This document shows, piece by piece, positions 42,591 through 55,994 of a stretch of 64,000 nucleotides of DNA. Position 1 is the first letter of the stretch; each line of letters starts with the position of its first letter. The notes under the pieces are model-generated. The model did not search any database and was not told the origin of the DNA. It saw nothing but the letters and a program-made list of their open reading frames with translations. Location: contig OX597823.1 in NCBI GenBank assembly GCA_951406725.2, positions 27,404,001-27,468,000 of the forward strand, in the 5' to 3' direction. This DNA is from Octopus vulgaris (taxonomy: Eukaryota). The translations under genes and the position numbers were made by a program.

Positions 42591-43990
42591 TATACACGTG
42601 GGGCTTCTGCACACTTACCATCTATCAAATTCACTCTGAAGGCATTGATCGCCCCAATCCCCCAAGATGCCGTGCAGTAGGACTGAATCTGAAAACATGT
42701 CTTTGCAAAGTGAGCTTCTTAACCCCTCACCTGCCGTGAGCCCCATTTAGGGACCTACTAAAAGCAATCTCACTGCCGGTTGTTCATTGTATTTAATGTG
42801 AATTACTTATTTACATTGCATTTGCAGCCGTGTGTTTAACAAGATTTAGTCGTTAAAGTTTGTCATTATTAGCTCTTTCTAAATCTAGAGGACATTTTAT
42901 TTCATAAATCGAAATTTTTGAACTACAAAAATATTGACTGTTTTGAAAATGCATTTCTCATCTATATCATTCATTGATATTTCATACACATTCGCATTTG
43001 ATTCAATAGTTTCAAAATAACTAAAATGTTTATTATTGCAATGGAATAGAAAAGAATAAATATGCTTTATTTTCATTTGAGACTTTTCGAAACATTTATT
43101 GTAATTTTCAAAATAATTCACATATAAAGAAAATTTAAATACTATATATTAACACATCAGACACCTGACAAAGCCCAAAAATATGAATAAAAATAATTGG
43201 AGGTTAATGGGCTAATGGCACAACCAAATCTGGTCAGATATTGGAAACAAAATTGCTTCCAGTTTTTCCACAACATTAAACCATCAATAGATACCCACCT
43301 TATTCATGTACGTTGTACACAGCGTTCCAAAGATATGAAAATATCAAATGGGTTTTGTCTGATAACGTCTGATTATTTCGCATGTTCTACGCATCTCTAT
43401 TAACAGATAAATGTGTGACATACTTTGTAACGGTGTTTCAGAAACCAATCAAATGTTGATAATTAATTAGAATTTCATATATTTACGAATATTTTTGAGT
43501 TTGTATTGTCATGTGGTTCCCAGTTTAGCAAGATAATCATATCAACCAAAACCTTATCTGAACCTGAAGCGATTACACTATTGAAAGTGTTGTGTTAACG
43601 ACTTATTTCTTATTTGTATTATGAGGTGTCAAAAACTTTCGTTGCACGTCTGCGTCTTAACCATTTCAGCTTTTCTAAATCAGTTTATTGCTATTTTATA
43701 GAGAAGCCTTGTAGTTTTGTTTTCTTTGTTCTTTCCTGCTGTGCATCTGAGCACGGTATATGACGATTTCATTATATATTTTTAAATGTAAATATACCAG
43801 TTTAAAGTTGATGTTAGTTTAATGTATAAAGTGATTCCTTTTTGCGGCGTGATGGACAATTGTTCTTCCATGTTTGGTGGATCCACATTTTTCAGATCTG
43901 CTGTATAAAATAATTGTTGAGGTAGATATGTATAATCGACTATATATTCTTACCACAATATTTGCCTGTTAGAAGTAATCATTATTATTA

Positions 43991-44082
<92 letters not shown>

Positions 44083-44084
44083 GA

Positions 44085-44467
44085 CTTTGCACAGCTTCTA
44101 ACGCTGGAGATATACTAAAGTTTACTACCAGTGAACTAAGGTAACACCTCTTATTTTTCGAGCATCTTCTGGAGTATTCGAGCGGTTCCAAGCAGTGATG
44201 TTTCCTTCAAGTAGTCCACCCTTAATGCAGCCCTTATATGTTCCACGTACTCCTCGAGATTTTTGCTCACTGTTCCCAGGGCTCCGACAATTATTGGTAC
44301 TACTGCTTTTTTTTTTCATCGACTACAAATGCTTAACTTCTCTAGCTAACCTGTCATATCTCTCGACTTTTCTTTCTTCCTTATCGCATACATTGTTGTC
44401 ACCTGGGCATGCTATATCTATGATCCAGCAAAGTTTGTTTTCTCTCTCAACTGAGACTATGTCCGGC
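44085..44467 (-). mobile_element. RLE LINE 3' fragment (further Dong-like family) in (TTA)n
   Basis: Minus strand KPDIVSVERENKLCWIIDIACPGD..K..KVERY. Confidence 0.8.
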
Positions 44468-44489
44468 TTATTATTATTATTATTATTAT

Positions 44490-45025
44490 TTTTTCTTCTT
44501 CTTCTTTCAAATTTGCTTCCATTTCTTGCCGAGCGTCTTCCCGACTCCTAGGGCAAAGAAACTCATAGTATACATTGGTAGGCCATTAAACCAAACTCAA
44601 TAGTTCGTTCATTCTTTTTTTTCTTTTTTAAGGTTAAATTAAAATACATGGGCAGTAACAGCTCTCACAGCGACAATGCTCTTCTCAATACGTGTGATGT
44701 ACCAGTTAAGACAATCTTTTGCACTTCTTGCAGGGATGGTAAGCCAGGGATCATTCTCATATAACTTTCGGTTCCCTTCTTGATCATTCCTAGTGCTCCT
44801 ACGATCACTGGTATTGTAACCGCCTTGAGATGCCACATTTTCTCAATTTCAATGAGTAGGTCTTTATATTTTCTGAGCTGGTCAAACTCTTTCGCCGAGA
44901 TATTATGATCACAGGGGATGCTCATGTCGAACAATAAGCAAACTTTATCGTTTTTGTCTTTCACAACAATATCTGGTTTATTGGCTTTGATGGTTCGGTC
45001 TGTATGTACTGGAAAGTCCCACAGA
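44490..45025 (-). mobile_element. Dong-like RLE LINE 3' end related to 38387-39995
   Basis: LWDFPVHTDRTIKANKPDIVV..FDMSIP..KYKDL. Confidence 0.9.
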
Positions 45026-45144
<119 letters not shown>

Positions 45145-45164
45145 CATTATTATTATTATTATTA

Positions 45165-45715
45165 TGTTTGAATTTTGATTTGCATTTGTACAAACTGGCT
45201 CCAGATCTCACCCAAACACCTCAAGAGACAGCAAGTTAGAAGTTCATGTCGGTCTTATGCCTAGGGTGCCATATATTTGGTTTTGTACATAGTATTGTAC
45301 TAGAGAATATTTATGAAAGCATACGAAAATTATAAGTTTGTTTTAAAATTTGAGATTACATAGTCAGAATTTTACGTATGATATAAGCAGTTCCCATAAG
45401 CACTATCTTTTGAATTTCTGCCAATCTGAGGTTTCCTGGTATCAGAGCTAGGTAGCAATCAGCCCCTTTTGCTATTATTTCTCGGGCACCTATGAGAACA
45501 AGTATAGTTTTAGTCTCGAGGTTCCACATTTTGCCAATTTCTATTTCAAGATCTTTATACTTGCTCAGTTTTTATAGGTCTTTACAGATACATTTATATC
45601 GATTGGGACAGTTGTTTCAATGGGGAGGTATAATTTTTGTCTGGCTTTTTCACATCTATCCTTCTATCAGTTTGAATGGTGAAGTTCCAGAGGAGTGAGA
45701 TGTGATGATTTTCAA
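45165..45715 (-). mobile_element. Dong-like RLE LINE 3' end related to 35510-36041
   Basis: Reverse-complement match to that family's ORF end and 3' UTR, with (TTA)n flanks. Confidence 0.85.
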
Positions 45716-46679
45716 GAATATTATTATTATATTGTGAGGTATACTTGCCATCTCATTATGGCTAACCACTAAGGGTGGGTGTTACTGTAGCTTGTAGCCC
45801 CAGAAAAACATCGTCTCCAGCTGGCTTTAGGCACACTTTCTGTGCCCTCATGGTATTTGCTTTTCAGAGATTTATTATTATTACTATTATATTATTATTG
45901 TTGTTGTTGTTAAATCATTCTAACAATAACGAACTGAAAATAGCCTTAGTCTAAAAATGGTTATTTGGGCTGCGAGAAATATCAGCCAAATCGCTATCAA
46001 ATCATGCGCTGCTATTAGAAAACATACAAAGAAAACGACAGAATGCTATCTTTGAAGATAAATTTGCTGATCGATTTGACATTAGGGAGAAGAAAGAACA
46101 TTTGCAGCATTTACTTCTGCTTCCATCTATTCTGATTTCAAATCGGCTTCAGTTGAGATAGCCTTCCATATTTACTGGGTTGATAAATTAACAAGCAGTC
46201 ATATACTAGATTCAGTCAAATCGAATCCATCCCTTGTCTACAACACTAGGACCATGTAGCAATAAGAAATCATTGTTAGTGATGTTATTTAATGAAGGTC
46301 CACCATAATGGAACAGATATGATCATCTCGTGATTTTACGGGCAGAAGATTTGATTGTTATGTGTAATAAGTCTAACAACCACATAGGGTCTTTCTTTCT
46401 GGCTGAGAGAAATTATTACAAGTGTTAGTGTTATCGTTCTCTTATATTATTTGTATTCACAAAAGGGCGATAGGGTGATAGAGACTGTAGGGCGTTGGAA
46501 CAATGCCTTGTGGTGTTTAGTTAGGGTTACTCACGTTCTGAGTTAAAATACCACAGAGGGTGTCTTTATCTCTCAGCCTACTGGGGTCGGAAGTCGATAA
46601 AATAAAACATCAGTCAAGTCCTGGAGAATATGGTATCGACTAATCACTTTCCTTCAAAAACTGCTTGCCTTGCTGGTCT

Positions 46680-47300
46680 GGCTCTCTTTCGGTTACGACG
46701 ACCAGTGTTCCAGTTGGTTCGATCAACCGAACAGCCTTGGTATTGCAATTAGATAGAGGAAACTGTGCTTGTTCATAGTTAACCGACATAAACCATCGCT
46801 TGGATTGACACCTCCCTCTGACTTCGGATATGTTTAGTAGAATTCACTATGTTGCAAGCATTGGAAGTAAGTCTCTGATTTCTTCCGCCATATATCCCAT
46901 CAGCCTCTGTGATTCTCCATAAAATAACATGGATACTGTCATCTCTTTCTCATCCGAAGAAGCCATAAAAAGTCAGATGTGTTGAATGTTAAAAACTAGA
47001 AAAGTTGCTGGCTTTTATATCCGCCAGCTCAGAAAACTTCAGAAAGAAACGACTTTTCCTTATGATTTTTACTGTTTGATATCGCCCGTAATATTTCAAG
47101 ATGTAACGTTACCTTCTTAGTTAAATATTCCAACCACAACTAGAATATCAATCATGTTCCGTTTCACTCCATGTTTTGTGAGAGCTCTCTCACCTCGTTA
47201 AACGTCAGGGAAAAGAGATAACTTCTTGTGAGAAATTGTATATTTCCGTTGATATTGTCTGTGGGAAAAGTGCCATAGCAACATATTAAAAGATTAATAT
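46680..47300 (-). mobile_element. Degenerate LINE-like fragment (RTE-like?) ending in the same tail as the SINE at 48932-49305
   Basis: 46681-46736 reverse complement matches 49243-49299. The upstream part is only weakly LINE-like. Confidence 0.4.
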
Positions 47301-48543
47301 CTGTAAGTCAACGAACGAATATCCACCTTAGCATTGCAACTGTTAGAAATAGAAGTTATACCCTCCTCAAATCAGCCTGCTGTTTAGAACAGAATATGTT
47401 AGATAGGATATTGCAGTCCAGAGTACAAAAATGCCTGGGAAAGAACGATGGGACGACCACGACTGGAATACCTTTAATCTTAACTTTTTTATAAGTTTGT
47501 TGGATTAGATTCAAGTCAGCCTTGATTCCCCAGCAGCAGTGAAAACAAAACCATCAACAACTGAAATAACATTGACATCGTTGTCAGCAATTTTGGCGTC
47601 ATAACTTTATTTTTATTCGTTTTCTATTACTACCTTAACAATATATTTGGTATTACTGCTTAGAAACTGTAAGTCGATATTTTTGGTAGATATTTTCAAT
47701 AGATTTCCGATTGCATTTGTAAGTTTTCTTGATGACCATATTGTAGCATCTAATTTTGTGTATCAGGTATCATCTCTTTTCACAAAATCAACAGTTTTTA
47801 TTTTTGTCGTTGTCGCTATTGTTCAATGTCTACTTGATCAGAACTAGCCTGGAGCTTTGAACAAACAGTCTTTGAACAAAAGCATGCCATCATTGAACAT
47901 TCCGGGGGTTTTTTTTCTCTTCCTGCCATAGTCGTTTGGAAACTACATCATCAAATGTATTCTTTCTTTTTTACGATAATAAAGTGATTCGGTTGTTATA
48001 AATTGCACGCCAAACAACCACACAATGGTTCTCTTCTCACTTTATCATAAAGTCCGCTGGATGTTAGACAACATTCTAATTAGAAATTTGTGTTGTATCT
48101 AAAACGAATAAATTTAAGATTCATCCATATTAATTTTTTTATGATTGTCTCAAATCTTTCAAGAAAAATCGTGTTTAATTTGAGTCTTAGTTACTCTCGT
48201 TCTAATCCTGTTCACTCGTAAAAGGTATTGTGGAATGTTTACCTCAAACCCATATATCAACAGCAAAGGAAGAAATACATTATAATTTATAAGAGGTTAA
48301 TGACTATCATGCGCAAATTTACTTGAAGCTTACATAGAACAAACATTTCGGTACATAAATTAAACTTTCAGTGATCCTAGAACAAAGCTACCTCAAAAGA
48401 AACCTACGTGGTGCATCTGTAAACATTTGTAAGAAAATATCAAAAATCAGAACCTTCTGCAGGACAATATGAGTTTCGTTATTGACCATATTGGTAGTCG
48501 AGGAGACAAAACTAGTTGGGTATTTAGACTGATAGATAGAAAA

Positions 48544-48632
<89 letters not shown>

Positions 48633-48635
48633 AAA

Positions 48636-48711
<76 letters not shown>

Positions 48712-48931
48712 GGAATTAAATCAAAATGACAGCAGATTGAGCATTGTTCCTGTATCAGTTGCTGATATGAAACAGCAGGTATGTTTCTATGGTTCTCTCT
48801 CACTCCGGAATTTCAGGGCTGGTTTCCTTTTCTTTCGTTTTACGGAAGTGCACATCAACTATTAGAAAGTTTGTTGCATTTTGTTTCCTCCACAGACTTC
48901 AGCTGATTTTCTTCTTCTACATACACATCTA

Positions 48932-49305
48932 TGGCCCAGTGGTTAGGGCAGCGGACTCGCGGTCATAGGATCGCGGTTTCGATTCCCAGACCGGGCGTTG
49001 TGAGTGTTTATTGAGCGAAAACACCTAAAGCCCCACGGGGCTCCGGCAGGGGATGGTGGTGATCCTTGCTGTACTCTTTCACCACACTTTCTCTCACTCA
49101 TACTTCCTGTTTCTGTTGTACCTTGTATTTCAAAGGGCCGGCCTTGTCACTCTCTGTGTCACGCTGAATATCCCCGAGAACTACTTTAAGGGTACACGTG
49201 TCTGTGGAGTGCTCAGCCACTTACACGTTAATTTCACGAGCAGGCTGTTCCGTTGATTCGGATCAACCGGAACCCTCGTCGTCGTAACCGACGGAGTGCT
49301 TCCAC
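48932..49305 (+). mobile_element. tRNA-derived SINE family 3
   Basis: tggcccagtggttagg (A box), gtttcgattccc (B box) and a CpG-rich body. Confidence 0.8.
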
Positions 49306-49317
49306 CATGTATCTACG

Positions 49318-49512
49318 TAGTGAGAATTTGCAAAAACAAAAAAAACAACAACGAAAGACGAAGACGGGTATGTAAACAATAAACAGATGTATTAGTTTAA
49401 CGCCCGGGAAGTGAGAAAGACTTTTACGTTTCGAGCCTAAGCTCTTCAACAGAAAGGAACACAGAAATAAACAAGGAGAGAAAATAGAAAAAGGTTTAGT
49501 GACTAACGATCT
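49318..49512 (-). mobile_element. PLE pLTR with variant hammerhead
   Basis: Near-identical to 59970-60132, and related to 18325-18422, 54815-54851 and 54887-54959. Confidence 0.8.
49421..49456 (-). ncRNA. Minimal hammerhead with variant core CUGUUGA
   Basis: CUUU CUGUUGA A GAGC-uuag-GCUC GAA ACGU A AAAG. Stem III is palindromic ACGU; U at position 6. Confidence 0.62.
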
Positions 49513-49571
49513 ATGTGTGTATGTATGTATGTATGTATGTATGTATGTATGTATGTATGTATGTATGTATG

Positions 49572-49602
<31 letters not shown>

Positions 49603-49653
49603 GCATGCATGTATATGCATCTTTGTATTAATATTTGTTTATTTCTATTGCAG

Positions 49654-49777
49654 ATACATCGTCATTGTCCATCCTATGAGGTCTCGTTTGTTATGTACCC
49701 TGGGTAATACCAGGAAGATACTATGCGTCTTATGGATAATTTCCATATTCATTTCTTGTCCGGCCTTGTACATGATG
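49654..49777 (+). CDS. Internal exon of a class A (rhodopsin-like) peptide-type GPCR: end of TM3, ICL2, TM4
   Basis: ttgcag|A TAC acceptor and ATG|gtgagt donor. Reads (R)YIVIVHPMRSRLLCTLGNTRKILCVLWIISIFISCPALYMM, with the D/ERY..I.HP motif and TM4 Trp/Pro. Ends in phase 0. Confidence 0.9.
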
Positions 49778-49792
49778 GTGAGTATAGCTTCC

Positions 49793-49950
49793 TCTTCTTC
49801 TTCTTCTTCTTCTTCTTCTTCTTCTTCTTCTTCTTCTTCTTCTTCTTCTTCTTCTTCTTCTTCTTCTTCTTCTTCTTCTTCATCTTCTTCTTCCTCTTCT
49901 TCTTCTTTTTCTTTTTCTTCTTCTTCTTCTCCTCCTCCTCCTCCTCTTCT
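49793..49950 (+). repeat. (TTC)n/(TCC)n polypyrimidine tract just after the splice donor
   Basis: Direct reading. Confidence 0.95.
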
Positions 49951-50239
49951 TACTTGCTTCTTTTGCTTCTACTTCTCGTCCTCCTACTTCTTTTCCCCCT
50001 CCTCCTCCTGCTTCTTCTTCGTCTTCTCCGTCTCTTCCCCTCCTCCCATTCCTCCTCATCCTCCTTCTTATTCTTACTTTCTTTCTTGTGTCTGTTTTCT
50101 TCGACTCCTACTTTGTATCTTATTTTTTGTCCATATATTACAATATTTCATTTTCTTCCAACCACTCCAGCCACATTATTAATTTCATATCCACTACCAC
50201 CACCCTGCTATTACTTTTATTTACTACGTTGTTGCATAT

Positions 50240-50359
50240 GTATAAGTAAGTTATACAAGATAAGATGATTAATGTGTCTATCTATATACAAATATTCTAA
50301 CATATTTATATTCGCTTTGTGGGTGGATTTGATAGACGGAAACTCAAAGAAGCCCGTCG

Positions 50360-50392
<33 letters not shown>

Positions 50393-50462
50393 ATATATAT
50401 ACGACGTGTGCTATGTATTGTGGTTTCCGTCATACAGTGTGTATACGTGTATGCGGCCGTCG

Positions 50463-50527
<65 letters not shown>

Positions 50528-50681
50528 ATATATGTATAGTTATATATATAAGTAAATTATACAAGATAAGATATTTTTATTAATGTAATCTATCTATATA
50601 CAAATGTTCTAACATAATTATATTCGCCTTGTGGGTGGATTTGATAGACGGAAACTCAAAGAAATTAATTTTACTCCGTCG

Positions 50682-50730
<49 letters not shown>

Positions 50731-50898
50731 GACGGGCTTCTTTGAGTTTCCGTCTATCAAATCCACCCACAAGGCGAATATAATTATGTTAGAACATTTG
50801 TATATAGATAGACACATTAATCATCTTATCTTGTATAACTTACTTATATATATAACTTACTTATATATATATATATATATATACATACGACGGCCGCA
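50240..50898. repeat. Triplicated ~120 bp block (two direct, one inverted) separated by (TA)n
   Basis: 50241-50360 and 50547-50682 are direct copies; 50729-50847 is inverted. 50452-50470 is inverted to 50880-50898. Confidence 0.9.
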
Positions 50899-51693
50899 GG
50901 AGTGACTGTGTGGTAAGAAGGCGGTGAGCTGGCAGAAACGTTAGCACGCCGGGCAAAATGCTTAGCGGTGTTTTGTCTGCCGTTATGTTCTGAGTTCAAA
51001 TTCCGCCGAGGTTGACTTTGCCTTTCATCCTCTCGGGGTCGATTAAATAAGTACCAGTTACGCACTGGGGTTGATATAATCGACTTAATCCGTTTGTCTG
51101 TCCTTGTTTGTCCTCTCTGTGTTTAGTCCCTTGTGGGTAGTAAAGAAATAGGTATTTCGTCTGCCGCTACGTTCTGAGTTCAAATTCCGCCGAGGTCGAC
51201 TTTGCCTTTCATTCTTTCGGGGTCGATAAATTATGTACCAGTTACGCACTGGAGTCGATATAATTGATTTAATCCCTTTGTCTGTCCTCGTTTGTCCCGT
51301 CTATGTTTAGTGGCTTGTGGGCAATAAAGAAATAAGAAGCTTGACTCCTAACCACATAGTTCCAGGTTCAGTCCCATTGCGTGGCACTTTGAGCGTCTTC
51401 TACTATAGCCTCCGGCTGATCAAAGCCTTCTGAGTCGAATTGGTAGACGGAAACTGAAAGAAACCCGTCGTATTTATATGTATGTCTGTGTTTGTCCCCC
51501 CCCCCAACATCGCTTGACAACCTGTGTTGCTGTGTTTACGTCCCCGTAACTTAGCGGCTCGCAAAAAGGACTGATGGGATAAATACTAGGCTTGCAAAGA
51601 ATAAGTCCTGGGGTCGATTTATTCGACTAAAAGTGGTGCTTCAGCATGGCCGCAGTCAAATGACTGAAACACGTAAAAGAATTAAAGAATAAA
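50895..51693 (+). mobile_element. SINE-1 interrupted by SINE-2 (one full plus one partial tandem unit, ~50920-51332)
   Basis: TAAGAAG duplicated at 50914-50920 and 51333-51339. Confidence 0.88.
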
Positions 51694-51975
51694 ATATGGA
51701 CACATTCACATATATAAGCATATACCTATAATTCTATTCCTTTTTGAATTTTACTTATTGATTTGCGCACCTATCAATTTGAGTGCATGTGTACTTAATT
51801 TATTGGATAAATACTTTTGACTATAATTAACTTATACTTATTATCTGCCCCTATAATAACAGATTATATTTACCTCAATATTAATACGATACTTACATAT
51901 ATGGTAAATTACTATTTATTATCTGTCTGTATACATTCTAACTATTAGCCAAAGTATATTAATATATATTCACTT

Positions 51976-52156
51976 AATACAGTTCTATATTTAAGAGATT
52001 GAGGAATTATGTACATTATTTGCATTATTTACATTTGACGGGAATATGGCATAGTCGTTAAGAACGTGGGCTACTAAACCCAAGACTCCGAGTTCAATTC
52101 CAGGCAGTGACCTGAATAATAATAATAATAATAATAATAACAATAATAATAATAAC

Positions 52157-52187
<31 letters not shown>

Positions 52188-52330
52188 TCAAAAAATTCCT
52201 TAGGAGTGAGAACCCAGGTTAGAAATTCTCCCCAAGACACCAGATGAAGGCTGGAGAGTATATCAGCCTAAACGTTGTGTTAACAACAAACAAGATGAGG
52301 ACAAATATCCGTCAAATGTAAATAATGTAT
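51976..52330 (+). mobile_element. tRNA-headed non-coding element with a hammerhead remnant and an inverted terminal arm
   Basis: Inverted arm 51976-52041; A box tggcatagtcg (52047); B box gagttcaattcc (52090); (TAA)n; hammerhead scaffold 52237-52280; end ccgtcaaatgtaaataatg. A minus strand terminal fragment also lies at 61905-61988. Confidence 0.72.
52237..52280 (+). ncRNA. Degenerate minimal hammerhead (two core substitutions)
   Basis: ACAC CaGAUGA A GGCUG-gagaguauau-CAGCC uAA ACGU U GUGU. All stems are intact; U4-to-A and G12-to-U. Confidence 0.62.
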
Positions 52331-52689
52331 ATATTTACTTTCTCTCTAAACTTACAGCCTATGACCCCTTAAAAGGTTTATACCAAATTTATCCATATAA
52401 CAATTCACAATATGCTGCAATGTTCCGTATGCTTAACACTTAATAACATTACGATATATCTTTTTCTGCCTCTTACGAGATTCAATTTTATAAAGTGATT
52501 TGATTATTATAATTATAATCTTTAATGTACGAAACGAAACAGCTGTAAGCGATTATTTTGCAGTTAATAAATATACTATTTAATTTATTTATCTCCATTT
52601 TCTTATTTTTCTTAGATATATATATATAATTAAAAAGGAATGTAATTGTCATTTATTCATAATGATAAACACTCTTCTTATATATATAT

Positions 52690-54846
52690 GTGCGTGTACA
52701 CTTCCACTACCGTCTAAAACAACACCTTTACACACCTCCTTTCCGCTGCTTTCGGCCTTCTATTAACCTTTTCCTACTAATTTTCAAAAAAACTTGTTTC
52801 TGTGGTCACATTTCGTTTCTCAGTCACTGCTTGCATCACCGCCTCATCCCTAAAGGTTTCCGCCTCAATTTCCACCCCACTCTCCACTCTGCTACAACCA
52901 TCCTACCCATATTCTGTACTACATCCTACCACCATATGCGCGTCACCATTCGTTCTAATCTCTCCAAAATACACACCATCGACCGTCTTCTCCCTCTTGC
53001 TTTTTCCATCTTCTTCTCCTCTCAGTCGCCCTCCCATGCCAACACCACGTTACGTTACATAATTCATTTAAATCATCTCTTTCATCAATTTCTCGCTCAC
53101 ACCAAACAACGTAAACTCCACTCACTCTTCCATTTCATCACACACGATGCCCCTACCCCGACTACTCCACTACCCCTCTCCTTCCCTGATACGCTCCCCC
53201 ACCCCCACCAAGCCCACCGTCCCCCACACACACATACCTCCATCCCAACCAGCCTTCCACCATACCCGCCACTCCTCCTACTTCTATCCCATCCACCCCT
53301 TCTCCACTTTAGTCTGTTGCTACCATTTCTCCAGATGTTCTGATGTTCTCCTCTCTGAGGCGGAGCGCTCCCTCCTCAGTAGAGGTCTGCGCTTCATCCC
53401 CCTCACTCCATCCAGCAACAAATTTCGGACTCGTGCCGATATCCACAGCTTTGTGCGCACTGATAGGTTGTGCCGGCTTTTCCACGACACTCCAGCTGCA
53501 TCTAATGAGGACTGCTTCACCGACATGGGCCACCCACCATCCCAGTAGCGCCAGCTCCTGGCCAGTTCCAAGCAGTCGACCGGTTTAACTTTTCCAGGCG
53601 TCCTTGTCATCTGAATATCTCCCCAGCCGAACTGTCGGCCCTTCGATGTCTTCGACGCCGCACTGACATCATCATAAAACCGGCCGACAAAGGTGGAGCC
53701 GTGGTGGTATGGCGCGCGGACCTCTGCAAGGCGGAAGCTCTCTGCCAACTTCAAGACACCTCCTTCTTCTGTCCTCTGCCATCTGACCCCACGTCCAGCT
53801 ACCAACAGACTGTGTCCTCCACTATCCATGACCTCATCTCCTCCTCCCGTCTCCTCCACCGACTCCAGCCTCATTGTCCGCACCCCTCACACCCCCACAA
53901 TTTACTTCCTCCCCAAAATCCAGAATCCTAACAACTCTGGCCTCTTCACCGTCTCCGTCTGCAACTGCCCCACCGAACTCATCTTTAGATATCTTGACCG
54001 TGTCCTTGCCCCCCTAGTGGCTTCCCTTCCCTCTCACATCCATGACACCAACCATGCGCTTCGTTTGTTCAACTCTTTCTACTTCCTTCCTACCCCCTAT
54101 AAACTTCTCTTCACTCTCGACATCCACAACCTTTACACGGTGATCCCTCTCCACAAAGGGCGGCGTGCACTCCAACATTTCCATGATCTTCGGCCCAACC
54201 CCCAACCCGACACATCCACACTCGTTCGTCTGGTCGGAATTGTCCTCTCACTCACCTGCTTCTTGTTCGCTGGTAATTTTTACCAGCATTTTTCGGGAGT
54301 GGCCATATGAACGAGAATGGGACCCAATTATGCGAACCTGTTCGTTGGCTACGTTGAAGCCCAAATATTCTCAAGTTCCACTGGTCCCACTCCCGAACTA
54401 TACGGCAGTTATATTGACGACTGTGTCGATGCGAGCTCACTCTCTCGCGAACATCTAGACTCCTTCGTCTCTTTTGTTAAATCTTCCCATCCTGCCCCCC
54501 AATTCTCCTGCGCTATTTCTGACACCTCCGTCTCCTTTCTTGACATTTCGGTCAGCATTCATCACTCCACTCTCAACACCTCCATCCACTACAAACACAC
54601 AGACTCACACTCATACCTCAACTTCTCCTCCTTCCACGCTAAACACGCCAAACTTTCCATCCGTCTACGCAGGCTCTGTAGTGACGACCATGCCTTTAAG
54701 ACTCACTTTCAACTCATGGCTCGCCACTTTATCCTACACGGATATCCCCTCACCACTATCCACATCGGCCTTGCCAGATCACGTTCCGTGGACCGTGCAT
54801 CTACTCTCTCCCAGGTCTTCGTCTTTTGCTTTTGTTTGTGAATTCT

Positions 54847-54851
<5 letters not shown>
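52690..54851 (+). mobile_element. Penelope-like retroelement: N-terminus and RT, frameshifted, endonuclease deleted
   Basis: LLSRGLRFIP, KPADKGGAVVVW, PTIYFLPKI, LFTLDI..LYTVIP, GVAI*TRMGPNYANLFVG, YIDD, FLDI and YKHTDSHSYL motifs. It joins directly to the terminus ...gtgaattctccct(AT)n. Confidence 0.93.
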
Positions 54852-54888
<37 letters not shown>

Positions 54889-55244
54889 GCTCTTCGACAG
54901 AAAAGAACACAAATAAACAGGGAGAGAAAATAGAAAAAGGCTTAGTGGCTAGCGATCTACATATATAAGTAGTATGGTGTGTGCGCATGCATATGTGTGT
55001 ACGTGTGTGTATAACAGTGCATGATCTTGTGTTTCGCATATTTGCCTCATAACTATAGGTTTGTGTGTTTTGTTGCCGGACAAAACAGTGGAGCATGGTA
55101 TTACATTTCCCGTTGTTCTAGTACCAAACGAATACAGTTGCAACCCTCTCTCAGCTTCGATGCATGCATGCATACATACCTACCTACCTACCTACATACA
55201 TACATACATACATACATACATACATACATACATACATACATACA

Positions 55245-55776
55245 TAACAGGAATACTGGTGGAATGTACCAGTGAGGACCTCAATAAAATGTAAGCACAA
55301 GAGAATTGATTTGATGATTTGGGATAGAGAAGAGAAACTATGCAGAGTTATGGAAACTAGCTGCCTAGCATAAAGCTGAAGATCAGTCAGAAAGAGAACA
55401 GTTGTACTGAACTATTAAGAAATCTGCAGTTACTTTATCCAGATTACAAGTTCAGGTTTATACCTGTAAATATTGGGTCCCTGGGATATGTGACACACTG
55501 TCTAAATACCAATCTTGAGAAATTAGGCTTCTTAAAACCAAAAAGGAGAAAGCTAATTCGAAGACGACAGATCCAATACATCACTGGAACTGTAAAAGTC
55601 TGCAAAACTTTCCATAAGTTTATCATTTAAATATATATATGAGCATGTCTAGGTATGTAACTATATACATGAGAAGACATACATTAAACATACAAATCTG
55701 CACATACATACATACATACATACATACATACATAAATGCATACATACATACATACATACATACATGCATACATACA

Positions 55777-55810
<34 letters not shown>

Positions 55811-55992
55811 CATACATACATACATACATACTTACATACATGCATACCTACATACATACATGCATACGTACATACGTACAAACAAAAATACCCTGCTGTT
55901 GATGTTAAAATTCCAATGAAGGAACCTTGGATCTAGGTTAGGTATCGGTTCGTTCTCTATTGGCAAGAAATCTTGAAATAAGCTGAATAATG
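55245..55992 (+). mobile_element. RLE LINE 3' end associated with (TACA)n
   Basis: EYWWNVPVRTSIKCKHKRIDLMIWDREEKLCRVME..IGSLG, preceded by (TACA)n. Confidence 0.75.
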
Positions 55993-55994
55993 AC

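Noticed and set aside
48932-48995. tRNA genes here and at 16460, 20398 and 52047
   Set aside because: A/B boxes are present but there is no complete cloverleaf or acceptor stem, and each runs into a repeat body.
49499-50182. 227 aa ORF as a complete protein
   Set aside because: Only 49654-49777 is exon-like; the flanks are (TATG)n and (TTC)n intron sequence.
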